Shown: positions 1 through 7,296 of the stretch, piece after piece
Position numbering within the stretch: position 1 is the stretch's first letter
Layout of the letters: each line of letters begins with the position of its first letter
Source: a virus
Taxonomy: Duplodnaviria > Caudoviricetes
Virus record (IMG/VR): IMGVR_UViG_3300021431_000012
Span: 11,699 to 75,698 of that record
Length of the DNA stretch: 64,000 nt
Direction: 5' to 3' (one strand)
Position numbers and translations under genes: made by a program
Notes under the pieces: model-generated
Seen by the model: the letters and a program-made list of their open reading frames with translations, nothing else
Databases searched by the model: none
What the model was told of the DNA's origin: nothing

Positions 1-228
1 GCATCCAGAGTGCGCACCGACCTTCCGCAAGTAAGACACCTGCTTTTGCCCATACACAAAGATTCTAACATAAGTCACTGGCTTTTGCCCTTCGGTTTCG
101 CTTTGCGTTTCCCTAAAATAAGATTGAATGCACAACGTGAATGTGGCATAGTTCTGCCCATTGCTTGCCGTGCCGTACTTGAAGTCACTACCGATAGTTC
201 CTTCAAGGTGAACAAAGTTTTTATCCAT
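1..228 (-). CDS. ssb: Single-stranded DNA-binding protein (OB fold), 3' end outside window
   Basis: Manual translation MDKNFVHLEGTIGSDFKYGTASNGQNYATFTLCIQSYFRETQSETEGQKPVTYVRIFVYGQKQVSYLRKVGAHSGC matches the SSB N-terminal pattern. Absent from the ORF track because it is truncated. Confidence 0.8.
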   Translation of the reverse strand, partial: MDKNFVHLEGTIGSDFKYGTASNGQNYATFTLCIQSYFRETQSETEGQKPVTYVRIFVYGQKQVSYLRKVGAHSGC

Positions 229-252
229 TGTTGTCTTGAAATAAAGTTGTTG

Positions 253-502
253 TGGAGCGAGGGGGAATCGAACCCGTTGTAAGAATCACTATAAAAAACA
301 AATTATATGCTACACTCTATCATATACAATATGAGTAAACTAATATAATATTATAACCACTAAAATAAAAAATTATGTTTAACTAAAAAATCTGAAATTT
401 GAGATGTATTTGAATAAATTCGGATATACAACAAGCCATTTCGCAACGGCCACACATTCTCACTTGAATGTGGCGTGTTCCATAACACGCAAACCTCGCC
501 CC
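253..502 (-). ncRNA. tRNA-like / tmRNA-like RNA with an Ala-type acceptor stem
   Basis: 5' GGGGCGA (502-496) pairs with 3' TCGCTCC (260-254), including G3-U70, with discriminator A (253). T-loop GGG-TTCGATT-CCC, three internal hairpins, and a GTTGTA/TACAAC helix enclosing an AT-rich insert. Confidence 0.5.
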
Positions 503-506
503 GTGT

Positions 507-539
507 AAAAGGAAAGCTATTTTCACAAACCGCCTCCCC
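507..539 (-). terminator. Terminator-like hairpin (GTGA tetraloop) plus U tract in the leader of the tRNA-like RNA
   Basis: Minus strand GGGGAGGCGGTTT-GTGA-AAATAGCTTTCC-TTTT, about 12 bp with G-U pairs and one mismatch. Confidence 0.4.
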
Positions 540-583
540 GCGTATTATTCTAACTTAAAACAATAAAAAGTTTTAATCAACCA

Positions 584-617
584 CAAAGATACGAAAAATC
601 GTGATTAGATTTGCAAT
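584..617 (-). promoter_or_regulatory. Bacteroidetes sigma-A promoter
   Basis: -7 box TATCTTTG at 591-584, with TTGC about 21 nt upstream. Confidence 0.6.
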
Positions 618-639
618 AAAACAAATATTTAACACGAAA

Positions 640-1011
640 TTAACATTCTAGTGATGATAAATCTTGCGCTACACATTCTTGTTGCTTGATATATGAGTTT
701 AGCGATTTTTCAAGTGTGTCTAATCTAGTCTGAAAAAGACGATGCCGCGAGACAAGTGACCGTATATGTTTTACACGTTCCTCGTCAATAGGTTCGCTAA
801 CTAGTTTATACCCCTCATTTAGCCAATAGTCTACGTTGTATTTTGCTACGCGGCCTTGCCACACCTTAAATGCAGCTATGGCTTTGTCGCGGTTTTCAAG
901 CTCGTTTTTTAGGTAGTCAATTTCGGATTTAAGTTGTCCATTTTCTATTAACACCTGCTTTAAAACCGCCTCAACAGGAACGTCTTTATTCGATAGTTTC
1001 ATATTCTTCAT
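640..1011 (-). CDS. Hypothetical coiled-coil protein
   Basis: ORF track; start moved to MKNMKLSNK. Confidence 0.65.
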   Translation of the reverse strand: MKNMKLSNKDVPVEAVLKQVLIENGQLKSEIDYLKNELENRDKAIAAFKVWQGRVAKYNVDYWLNEGYKLVSEPIDEERVKHIRSLVSRHRLFQTRLDTLEKSLNSYIKQQECVAQDLSSLEC

Positions 1012-1088
1012 AACACAAAAATTTTTGTGAGGTCGAACCACATATAGCATGATGCAACGCCATTTGCGATTCGACCTTTGTTGTCCTA

Positions 1089-1370
1089 CTAGTTTATATC
1101 CTCGTCGCTAACATCGCCGCCACCTTCTCGTTCAGTAATAAGATTAACCGCGTGCATAATGCCCATCGCGAATGCCACAAGCACGGCTCGTTTGGTTTTC
1201 TTGTCAATGCTCATGAAATCAAGCCACTGGTTGAGATACGTTACGACACCCGTGACGAGAACCGTTTGGTGTTCCGCTTCATCTTTCGGTGACGAAAGTT
1301 CCATTGATTTTGCAATGGCAAGAACTAGGTCTTTTACCATCTGCAAGTGTTTTTTCTCTTCGTTGTTCAT
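1089..1370 (-). CDS. Hypothetical protein, paralog of 1392-1664
   Basis: ORF track; shares the pattern L.LAIA..M....P....E...L..GV..YL..W..F. Confidence 0.75.
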   Translation of the reverse strand: MNNEEKKHLQMVKDLVLAIAKSMELSSPKDEAEHQTVLVTGVVTYLNQWLDFMSIDKKTKRAVLVAFAMGIMHAVNLITEREGGGDVSDEDIN

Positions 1371-1391
1371 GATTGTTTGTTTGTTTAATTG

Positions 1392-1664
1392 TTATTTGTC
1401 ATCAAAATCATAAAATTCCGACAAGTTATTAGAACACTGCGCAATCGTGCGCCCTAGATACCACAATGACATTTCGATGTCATCTTTTTCGAACTTTTGG
1501 AATTTCATCCATTCGACAAGATAGCTTGTTACACCAGCGGTAAGGATAACTTCTAACTCCACTTGGTTTTCTGGCTTAATTTCAGCCATCGCCTCTGCAA
1601 TTGCGAGGGATAATCTTTGCACGTCTTTACACTTTTCCGAATCGTTTTTCTTAATTGTTTCCAT
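1392..1664 (-). CDS. Hypothetical protein, paralog of 1089-1370
   Basis: ORF track; same shared pattern. Confidence 0.75.
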   Translation of the reverse strand: METIKKNDSEKCKDVQRLSLAIAEAMAEIKPENQVELEVILTAGVTSYLVEWMKFQKFEKDDIEMSLWYLGRTIAQCSNNLSEFYDFDDK

Positions 1665-1708
1665 AATAATGTTGTTTTGTTTAAATTGGTGTTGTTGTAC
1701 TATTTTGT

Positions 1709-1843
1709 TTAATATTCCTCCTCCTCATACTCATCAAGCCCTAACTCTCTGCGCTGGTATCGGGCAAATAATTCACACCTCATGCAGTTGCATCCACAGT
1801 CGGGATTGCGCTCGCACATCTTGTCAAGTTCATACTCTGTCAT
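1709..1843 (-). CDS. Small Cys-rich protein (44 aa)
   Basis: Manual translation MTEYELDKMCERNPDCGCNCMRCELFARYQRRELGLDEYEEEEY; overlaps the stop of the upstream gene. Confidence 0.55.
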   Translation of the reverse strand: MTEYELDKMCERNPDCGCNCMRCELFARYQRRELGLDEYEEEEY

Positions 1844-2051
1844 ATCTTTTCTTTGCTATTTGTTTGTCAATCCACCTTTCGGCCTCGGCAAAGGTGTTGC
1901 ATTCATATACTATATCAAAATCTGACAAGTGATAACCTTCTTGGCCGCTATACCCGAAAAGATACCCGTCACTTTCGAAATCCCAATAAGAGAAAACATT
2001 GTAAAGTCCATCGCCTTCGTCCGCGACAAAATAATTTTTCTTATGTTTCAT
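1830..2051 (-). CDS. Hypothetical protein
   Basis: ORF track; co-oriented with the operon. Confidence 0.65.
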   Translation of the reverse strand: MKHKKNYFVADEGDGLYNVFSYWDFESDGYLFGYSGQEGYHLSDFDIVYECNTFAEAERWIDKQIAKKRYDRV

Positions 2052-2063
2052 TGTTCTAAAATT

Positions 2064-2282
2064 TTAGTAATCTTTATAAAGTTCGTTGGCTCTATCCACA
2101 ATCTTCTGGCGGCATTCTACGTCAAGGCTCATGTAAAAGAAAAGCCTGTCGCAATTCCCCTGCAGGTATTGCGTGTACTTGCCCCAAACATGCTTGCCTA
2201 GCCATTCGCCAAAAACTCGCATGCATTCTTCTTGATTCCACTTGTTGAACATGTAGAAACCAAAATTCGTTACTTCATTCAT
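2064..2282 (-). CDS. Hypothetical protein
   Basis: ORF track; A-rich start context. Confidence 0.65.
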   Translation of the reverse strand: MNEVTNFGFYMFNKWNQEECMRVFGEWLGKHVWGKYTQYLQGNCDRLFFYMSLDVECRQKIVDRANELYKDY

Positions 2283-2294
2283 AGTTTTTTGTTT

Positions 2295-2507
2295 TTAATC
2301 GGTTATGTCTTTGTTTGTAATATCTATTGCTCTGCCGTCGGTAATGTCTTTCAACTTATACCATTCTACCTCAGGTTGTTCTAGTCCCCAAAAGCCGATT
2401 AAAAACTTTCTATTGGCACAACTAGAATGCCCCGAATACATAGGTCTAAGAATGTGGTCATTGCCACGCTCTTTGATTTCGGCAACTATCGTTCTATACT
2501 CTTTCAT
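2295..2507 (-). CDS. Hypothetical protein
   Basis: ORF track; A-rich start context. Confidence 0.65.
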   Translation of the reverse strand: MKEYRTIVAEIKERGNDHILRPMYSGHSSCANRKFLIGFWGLEQPEVEWYKLKDITDGRAIDITNKDITD

Positions 2508-2531
2508 GTTGTTTTGTTATTTGGTTGATTA

Positions 2532-2795
2532 TTATTTGATAATTTCGTGTTCACTTACAATGTAATAAACTTTTGTGTTTGTAAAATATAGCGCAACAAA
2601 AAATACGTCATCGGAACATTTTGCCGAGGCGTCAAGCAAGCCGCCATGCACGGATTGCGTTTGCAATGCACTATTGTTCGCTGCGTTTATTGCTTTTTCT
2701 TTGTCGGCATACACGCCAAGAATGTTTTGTGCTATCATTTCTGGAGCATAACTATCTCTTGTGTATGATTCTGTTCTAAAAATATACGCTTTCAT
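2532..2795 (-). CDS. Hypothetical protein
   Basis: ORF track. Confidence 0.65.
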   Translation of the reverse strand: MKAYIFRTESYTRDSYAPEMIAQNILGVYADKEKAINAANNSALQTQSVHGGLLDASAKCSDDVFFVALYFTNTKVYYIVSEHEIIK

Positions 2796-2936
2796 AATTA
2801 TTACTTTTTAAAAGTTATTTGCCACTATCGGCTAGCCACTTGTCGAAATGCTTGTCTATAGCTTCTTGCAAAGACACACACGAATGACCCATTCTTGTAT
2901 GCATTTATAAAAAAGTTGTAAACGCACCAAGCATAA

Positions 2937-3050
2937 TTAGACGTTAATTTGTCCATGTTGCCACTTTATTTGCTTTCTAGCGCGTTTTCTTTTGTCGGGT
3001 GGGTAGTTATCCCACAATGACAAAAAGCGCGTCACGCGTCGCTTATTCAA
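2937..3050 (-). CDS. Possible small basic protein (TTG start, MNKRRVTRFLSLWDNYPPDKRKRARK...)
   Basis: In frame with ORF 2937-3137; the TTG overlaps the upstream stop. Confidence 0.3.
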   Translation of the reverse strand: MNKRRVTRFLSLWDNYPPDKRKRARKQIKWQHGQINV

Positions 3051-3318
3051 CCTCGTCGCCGTAACACACCAAAACGTCACCAACAACGAAGTCGCCAGAG
3101 TAAGGATGGGATTCTTCAAGCACCGCGGTAGCTGCATCGTTGAAATCGAGCCCGTTCACTTTTCCTTCCTCGTTCACAATCATAATTCGACTATCTTTGA
3201 GATACACAATCTCAATAAAGCCACCTACTATGTTCTGCATTTCTTTCAACGAATAATGCTTTCCGTTCTTCGGTTCAACATTAATCTTTTCACCGTTTGT
3301 TTTTATAATTGTTCCCAT
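3043..3318 (-). CDS. DUF3846-like protein
   Basis: Motif SLKEMQNIVGGFIEIV...MIVNEEGK.NGLDFN..AT...GDVLV. Confidence 0.7.
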   Translation of the reverse strand: MGTIIKTNGEKINVEPKNGKHYSLKEMQNIVGGFIEIVYLKDSRIMIVNEEGKVNGLDFNDAATAVLEESHPYSGDFVVGDVLVCYGDEVE

Positions 3319-3325
3319 AGTCGTA

Positions 3326-3562
3326 TTAATTTTTGATAGTGTACTCGGTTACCCACTTGCCAGTGTTGGTCTTAATCTTGCAGGTGTTGATGTTGTAGCC
3401 ACGCTCGCGAAGGTCATGAATGCGGCTTGCCAAGCGCATGCACCCGAAAAGGTTCAATGCTTCAAGACTCGTAATCGAATAGCCTTTCTGCATCCATTTA
3501 AGAATCATGTTGCACTGCGTCTGTGATGACGCGGCATTGTCGTTAATATTTGCCATGGTCAT
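3326..3562 (-). CDS. Winged HTH DNA-binding protein (HTH_39-like)
   Basis: ILKWMQKGYSITSLEALNLFGCMRLASRIHDLRERGYNI pattern. Confidence 0.7.
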   Translation of the reverse strand: MTMANINDNAASSQTQCNMILKWMQKGYSITSLEALNLFGCMRLASRIHDLRERGYNINTCKIKTNTGKWVTEYTIKN

Positions 3563-3568
3563 ACTTGT

Positions 3569-3859
3569 TTAAAAGTTGTTGATGTCAATTTCTTCTACAC
3601 GCGTATAAGTCAGCTTACCTTCGTAGCCACGACGGGCAAGTTCCGCCATGAGCTCACGCGGCGTAAATTCAGTAAGCCGTGTATTCCTGGCCGCCTCAAG
3701 TTCTTTGTCTAGCGATGCGAGTTTTTTCTTGTTTTCCTTGCCCCGCGCAATTAGTTTTGCACGGCATTCCGTACATGTGTGTGATACACCAAAATGAGTT
3801 TTGGCAAACTTTTCGATGGGCAACTCCCTGTCGCATACCTTACAAACTTTTGTTTCCAT
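3569..3859 (-). CDS. Zn-finger protein (CxxC...CxxC)
   Basis: KVCKVCDRELPIEKF...TCTEC; C-terminal FTPRELMAELARRGYEG. Confidence 0.7.
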   Translation of the reverse strand: METKVCKVCDRELPIEKFAKTHFGVSHTCTECRAKLIARGKENKKKLASLDKELEAARNTRLTEFTPRELMAELARRGYEGKLTYTRVEEIDINNF

Positions 3860-3872
3860 GTCGTTTTGATTT

Positions 3873-4046
3873 TTATTTAGTTGTTGATGATAAAAGAAGT
3901 CTTGCTATACGAGCTGGCAATACACGCGATGCGTTGCATGCGTCACAGCACTTGCCTTCTTCCTTAATCGGCCACGGGTTGTTGCCCCAGCCCCAAAATA
4001 CATTGCCGCAGATGCAGCACCTTTGTTTGTTGTTGTCAGTGTTCAT
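3873..4046 (-). CDS. Small Cys-rich phage protein (CCICG...GNNP.P...CCD.CN)
   Basis: Manual translation MNTDNNKQRCCICGNVFLGWGNNPWPIKEEGKCCDACNASRVLPARIARLLLSSTTK. Confidence 0.7.
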   Translation of the reverse strand: MNTDNNKQRCCICGNVFWGWGNNPWPIKEEGKCCDACNASRVLPARIARLLLSSTTK

Positions 4047-4063
4047 GATGTTTGTTTTTTGAA

Positions 4064-4228
4064 TTAATAAGTGTTGAGATATTCCATGTAGCTACACACG
4101 GCGAACTCGTCATGGTGTCGCGTGCCTTTCGGCATCTTGAAAACCTTAAAGTAGTTGCAGTTGCTACGCTCGTTTCGTTGAGCACACACCTGCAATGCTT
4201 CCTTTCTTGTCTTGAAATACTTTTTCAT
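4064..4228 (-). CDS. Hypothetical protein (54 aa)
   Basis: Manual translation MKKYFKTRKEALQVCAQRNERSNCNYFKVFKMPKGTRHHDEFAVCSYMEYLNTY. Confidence 0.6.
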   Translation of the reverse strand: MKKYFKTRKEALQVCAQRNERSNCNYFKVFKMPKGTRHHDEFAVCSYMEYLNTY

Positions 4229-4293
4229 AATGCTATTTTAAATCGGAAATCCCCATGCGCTTGGCGATGTCTAGAATCTCCGTTGTAAGTCTT

Positions 4294-5106
4294 TTAACTG
4301 CACACTTGCCCGTAACTAAATGAATTTTTCAAGCCACGAATGTAGCCAGCTAGTTTTATTTGTAGCTTTCTATCATCACCGCTAAACTCCCAACCGCTAA
4401 ATAGCGACGAGTCAACGTCGTTGTAATCACGCATAAGCTGAAGAATCTTTGCACGATTTTCTTTGTGCGTGTTAATACGCCACCACCCGCGCCATGTGGT
4501 CGGGTCATCATTCTTGCATACGTCGGGAAACACATTGCGAAGCACTTTGATAAAAGCCTGCGTGTCGCGGCTATTCTTCTTGCGCTCGTTTTGTGTTTTT
4601 GCACGCCGTGCTATGATGTCCATTTTCTCTGCTTCGCTTTTTGCTTTCATTGCGGCAACATATTTCTCGTTGCTTGCCCCCAGCTTTTCACCTTTTGCCT
4701 TCAATGCCGATAGTGCTGCGGTCGTGCGTTGTGAACAAAGTTCGCGCTCGTACTGTGCAACACTAGCGAACACACCCAGCAAAAGAGTGTTTATCGTCGG
4801 CATGTCGCAAAAATGAATTTCGATTCCCGTGTTCACCACCTTAAAGCAAAACTCAACATCACGGGCGAGGCGGTCTAGCTTTGCAATAACAAGCGCACAC
4901 GCATTGCTCCTGCAATATTCTATCGCCGCAGCTAACCCTTTTCTATCGCGGTGCGTACCACTTTCCACGTCGCTAAATTCGGCGGCACACACGCCGCCAG
5001 AACGCTTGATAAAGTCCTCGCACATGGCTCTTTGTGCCGCCATACCTAAACCACCAGCGCCCTGCTTGCGTGTAGACACGCGAAGGTATATTGCAAATTT
5101 TTTCAT
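4294..5106 (-). CDS. Serine recombinase, resolvase/invertase family
   Basis: YLRVSTRKQ catalytic Ser motif, DVESG, LVIAKLDRLARD, ASVAQYERELCSQRT..AL...KAKG..LG. Confidence 0.9.
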   Translation of the reverse strand: MKKFAIYLRVSTRKQGAGGLGMAAQRAMCEDFIKRSGGVCAAEFSDVESGTHRDRKGLAAAIEYCRSNACALVIAKLDRLARDVEFCFKVVNTGIEIHFCDMPTINTLLLGVFASVAQYERELCSQRTTAALSALKAKGEKLGASNEKYVAAMKAKSEAEKMDIIARRAKTQNERKKNSRDTQAFIKVLRNVFPDVCKNDDPTTWRGWWRINTHKENRAKILQLMRDYNDVDSSLFSGWEFSGDDRKLQIKLAGYIRGLKNSFSYGQVCS

Positions 5107-5339
5107 AATTCTCCTCCGTAAAAACTTCCGTACAATATCACTTTTGTATCTTTGTGACGAAGCCTGCCGCATTTGTTTATGCGTATATTACTCACTCCAC
5201 AAAGGCTATAGACATCTGCCGCAGCTTCACGAGCATTTTCCAAATTGTCGCACTTGATTGCATAGTGTTTAGTTTGATAGCCCATTAACCTAAAATAGTT
5301 GTTAGGTCTTATCTGAAATGTTACATATATTTTTTTCAT
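5103..5339 (-). CDS. Hypothetical protein
   Basis: ORF track; 4-nt overlap with the resolvase start. Confidence 0.6.
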   Translation of the reverse strand: MKKIYVTFQIRPNNYFRLMGYQTKHYAIKCDNLENAREAAADVYSLCGVSNIRINKCGRLRHKDTKVILYGSFYGGEL

Positions 5340-5365
5340 TTTTAACTCCCTTTCTATAGCTTTAA

Positions 5366-5542
5366 TTAGATGATTCCGTTTTCCTTAAACTCCCTAACTA
5401 GTCCGTAACGCTTTGCATCTTTTTCTAGACGTGACGTAACATCTGCAATAAACGCCCACGACATTTCGGTGTTCGCTATGTCATACTGCCACACCATTGC
5501 ATGCGAACGAAGCTCTGATTTTCTTTGCTGGTACGTTTTCAT
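5366..5542 (-). CDS. Hypothetical protein (58 aa, C-terminal KRYGLVREFKENGII)
   Basis: Manual translation. Confidence 0.65.
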   Translation of the reverse strand: MKTYQQRKSELRSHAMVWQYDIANTEMSWAFIADVTSRLEKDAKRYGLVREFKENGII

Positions 5543-5759
5543 AATTCAAAGATTTTAATTTCGCAGGACTATTCCTGCTTGTGGGCGCGGGTGGCGTTGC
5601 TCTAATCTACCCATGTAGACACCCCGACCGCTTCGAACGGATGCGCCCTCACTTTCTAACTTAAAAACTTATTTATTCTTCAAGATACCTCCCGAAAGAA
5701 TGTACCCGATAAATCCGATAAATACGATAAACGTCATATAAACCTCGCTTTCTTTTACC

Positions 5760-5921
5760 TTACACGTACCCAAGACGATTCAAAACACTCAGCTTTTCCT
5801 CGTCGGTCATGTTGTTGTTAATAAACTGCGCAAGCACATCAAGAGCTCTGTCGCTGCCGATTTGCTCTGCCACTTGCATAACACACTCTATGAAATTTTC
5901 CCCGTTAAAATCTGAATACAT
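5760..5921 (-). CDS. Hypothetical protein (53 aa)
   Basis: Manual translation MYSDFNGENFIECVMQVAEQIGSDRALDVLAQFINNNMTDEEKLSVLNRLGYV. Confidence 0.55.
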   Translation of the reverse strand: MYSDFNGENFIECVMQVAEQIGSDRALDVLAQFINNNMTDEEKLSVLNRLGYV

Positions 5922-5943
5922 GGTTCACTCGTTTTTTGGGTTG

Positions 5944-6213
5944 TTATTTACACTTCACATAAAAGTGGGCATAACGCCCGCGCTCGCTATCACAGTTAAA
6001 ATATTCGTAGTTATTGCAAAGTTGGTCGAATGTAAAGCCGAGTGACTCGCCGACTTCTTTGCTAATTACTATCGGCGTCTGCCACGCGCTATCGAAATGC
6101 ATGTTGCACGGGCAAAGATAAATCATTTCGCCTTTATGAAACATATTTCTTGCTGTACGTTTTTGCACCTGCTGCATCATCGTGCCCATGGTGCTGGAAT
6201 AAAATTTCTCCAT
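5944..6213 (-). CDS. Hypothetical protein
   Basis: ORF track. Confidence 0.65.
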   Translation of the reverse strand: MEKFYSSTMGTMMQQVQKRTARNMFHKGEMIYLCPCNMHFDSAWQTPIVISKEVGESLGFTFDQLCNNYEYFNCDSERGRYAHFYVKCK

Positions 6214-6227
6214 GATGTTGTATTGCC

Positions 6228-6485
6228 TTAAATTGATAACCCTTTTGCTTTCATAAATTCCGATGCACTTTCAAACCTGCAAAGCGAAACAAGGTGCAAC
6301 CTAAATCCGCCTTCGAATATTATAGTGTCTTCATCTTGATATATACGCCCGACGTTAAACGTGTCGGCATACTCTTTCATCGCTTCTACTGCGTCATCGT
6401 AATGTGCAAATTCTGCAACATATTCAACAACGCTTTCGCAACCGCAAACCTTTTCGGTTGCTACAATAATATGAGCTAGTTCCAT
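6228..6485 (-). CDS. Hypothetical protein
   Basis: ORF track. Confidence 0.65.
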   Translation of the reverse strand: MELAHIIVATEKVCGCESVVEYVAEFAHYDDAVEAMKEYADTFNVGRIYQDEDTIIFEGGFRLHLVSLCRFESASEFMKAKGLSI

Positions 6486-6520
6486 GATGATAAATATTTA
6501 TTTATTTTGGTTGTTTGTTG

Positions 6521-6796
6521 TTAGTCGCAAAAGTAACCATCTACAATGGCAAACGTGAGTGTAGATTTGCCTTCGCTGTATTCCTTTTCAAGCGTAGCTT
6601 CGTACTCGTAGAAGCCTTTTTCGACGTTCATTCTGTCGAGTTTCCTAACTAGAGTAAAACCTCTTTTATTTGTGTATTCCTGCACCTCTTCGTTCATGAC
6701 TTTCTTCGCATTGTCCCACGAACGAAAATATCTGTCCCATGCATTTCTTCCATATTTGTCGGAATACGCAGCCCTCGTTAAAATACTAAATCCCAT
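6521..6796 (-). CDS. Hypothetical protein
   Basis: ORF track. Confidence 0.65.
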   Translation of the reverse strand: MGFSILTRAAYSDKYGRNAWDRYFRSWDNAKKVMNEEVQEYTNKRGFTLVRKLDRMNVEKGFYEYEATLEKEYSEGKSTLTFAIVDGYFCD

Positions 6797-6876
6797 ATTT
6801 GACTCGTTTTTTATTCGTTGATATTACTAAAAATCTGTTCCCACTCTTCGGGAGAAAATCGCCTAAACGCCGTTGA

Positions 6877-7155
6877 TTATTCTTCGTAGTAATAGTTAAT
6901 TTTTTGGATGTATTTTTTTGCATCCTCAAAAGGCCATACCATTTCGCCGAGTCTAAATTCCTTATATTTAAAGGACACTTTTACTTCTTTATGGTTGAAT
7001 TCTTCTATCCATCCACGAATCACTACGGCGTCACCTTTATATGGGCAAAATTCAAAGTAAGCGGTTTCCCCAGATGTTAACCTTATAGTGCAATGCATTG
7101 GAAGTTCGAAGTATTCGAAAAATTCTTCAAATGTGGAAAAATTTCTGTGTGCCAT
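6877..7155 (-). CDS. Hypothetical protein
   Basis: ORF track. Confidence 0.6.
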   Translation of the reverse strand: MAHRNFSTFEEFFEYFELPMHCTIRLTSGETAYFEFCPYKGDAVVIRGWIEEFNHKEVKVSFKYKEFRLGEMVWPFEDAKKYIQKINYYYEE

Positions 7156-7170
7156 AATTTAAGCCCTTTC

Positions 7171-7269
7171 TTATTCTTTTACGTTGTTAAAAATGTTTCT
7201 CCACTCTTCAGGCGTGTGGGCGGTGATGATTAACACCGCCACACTAATCACGATAAATGCTCCAAACAT
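7171..7269 (-). CDS. Small single-pass membrane protein (32 aa)
   Basis: Manual translation MFGAFIVISVAVLIITAHTPEEWRNIFNNVKE. Confidence 0.5.
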   Translation of the reverse strand: MFGAFIVISVAVLIITAHTPEEWRNIFNNVKE

Positions 7270-7296
7270 AATGTAATAAGTTTTAAGTGTCGTTTT

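Noticed and set aside
253-275. Simple attP (tRNA/ssrA 3'-end duplicate)
   Set aside because: No tyrosine integrase is nearby, and a perfectly complementary 5' acceptor strand plus a promoter exist upstream, which favours a complete RNA. Not fully excluded.
4294-5106. Large serine integrase
   Set aside because: Too short (270 aa), and lacks the recombinase and Zn-ribbon domains.
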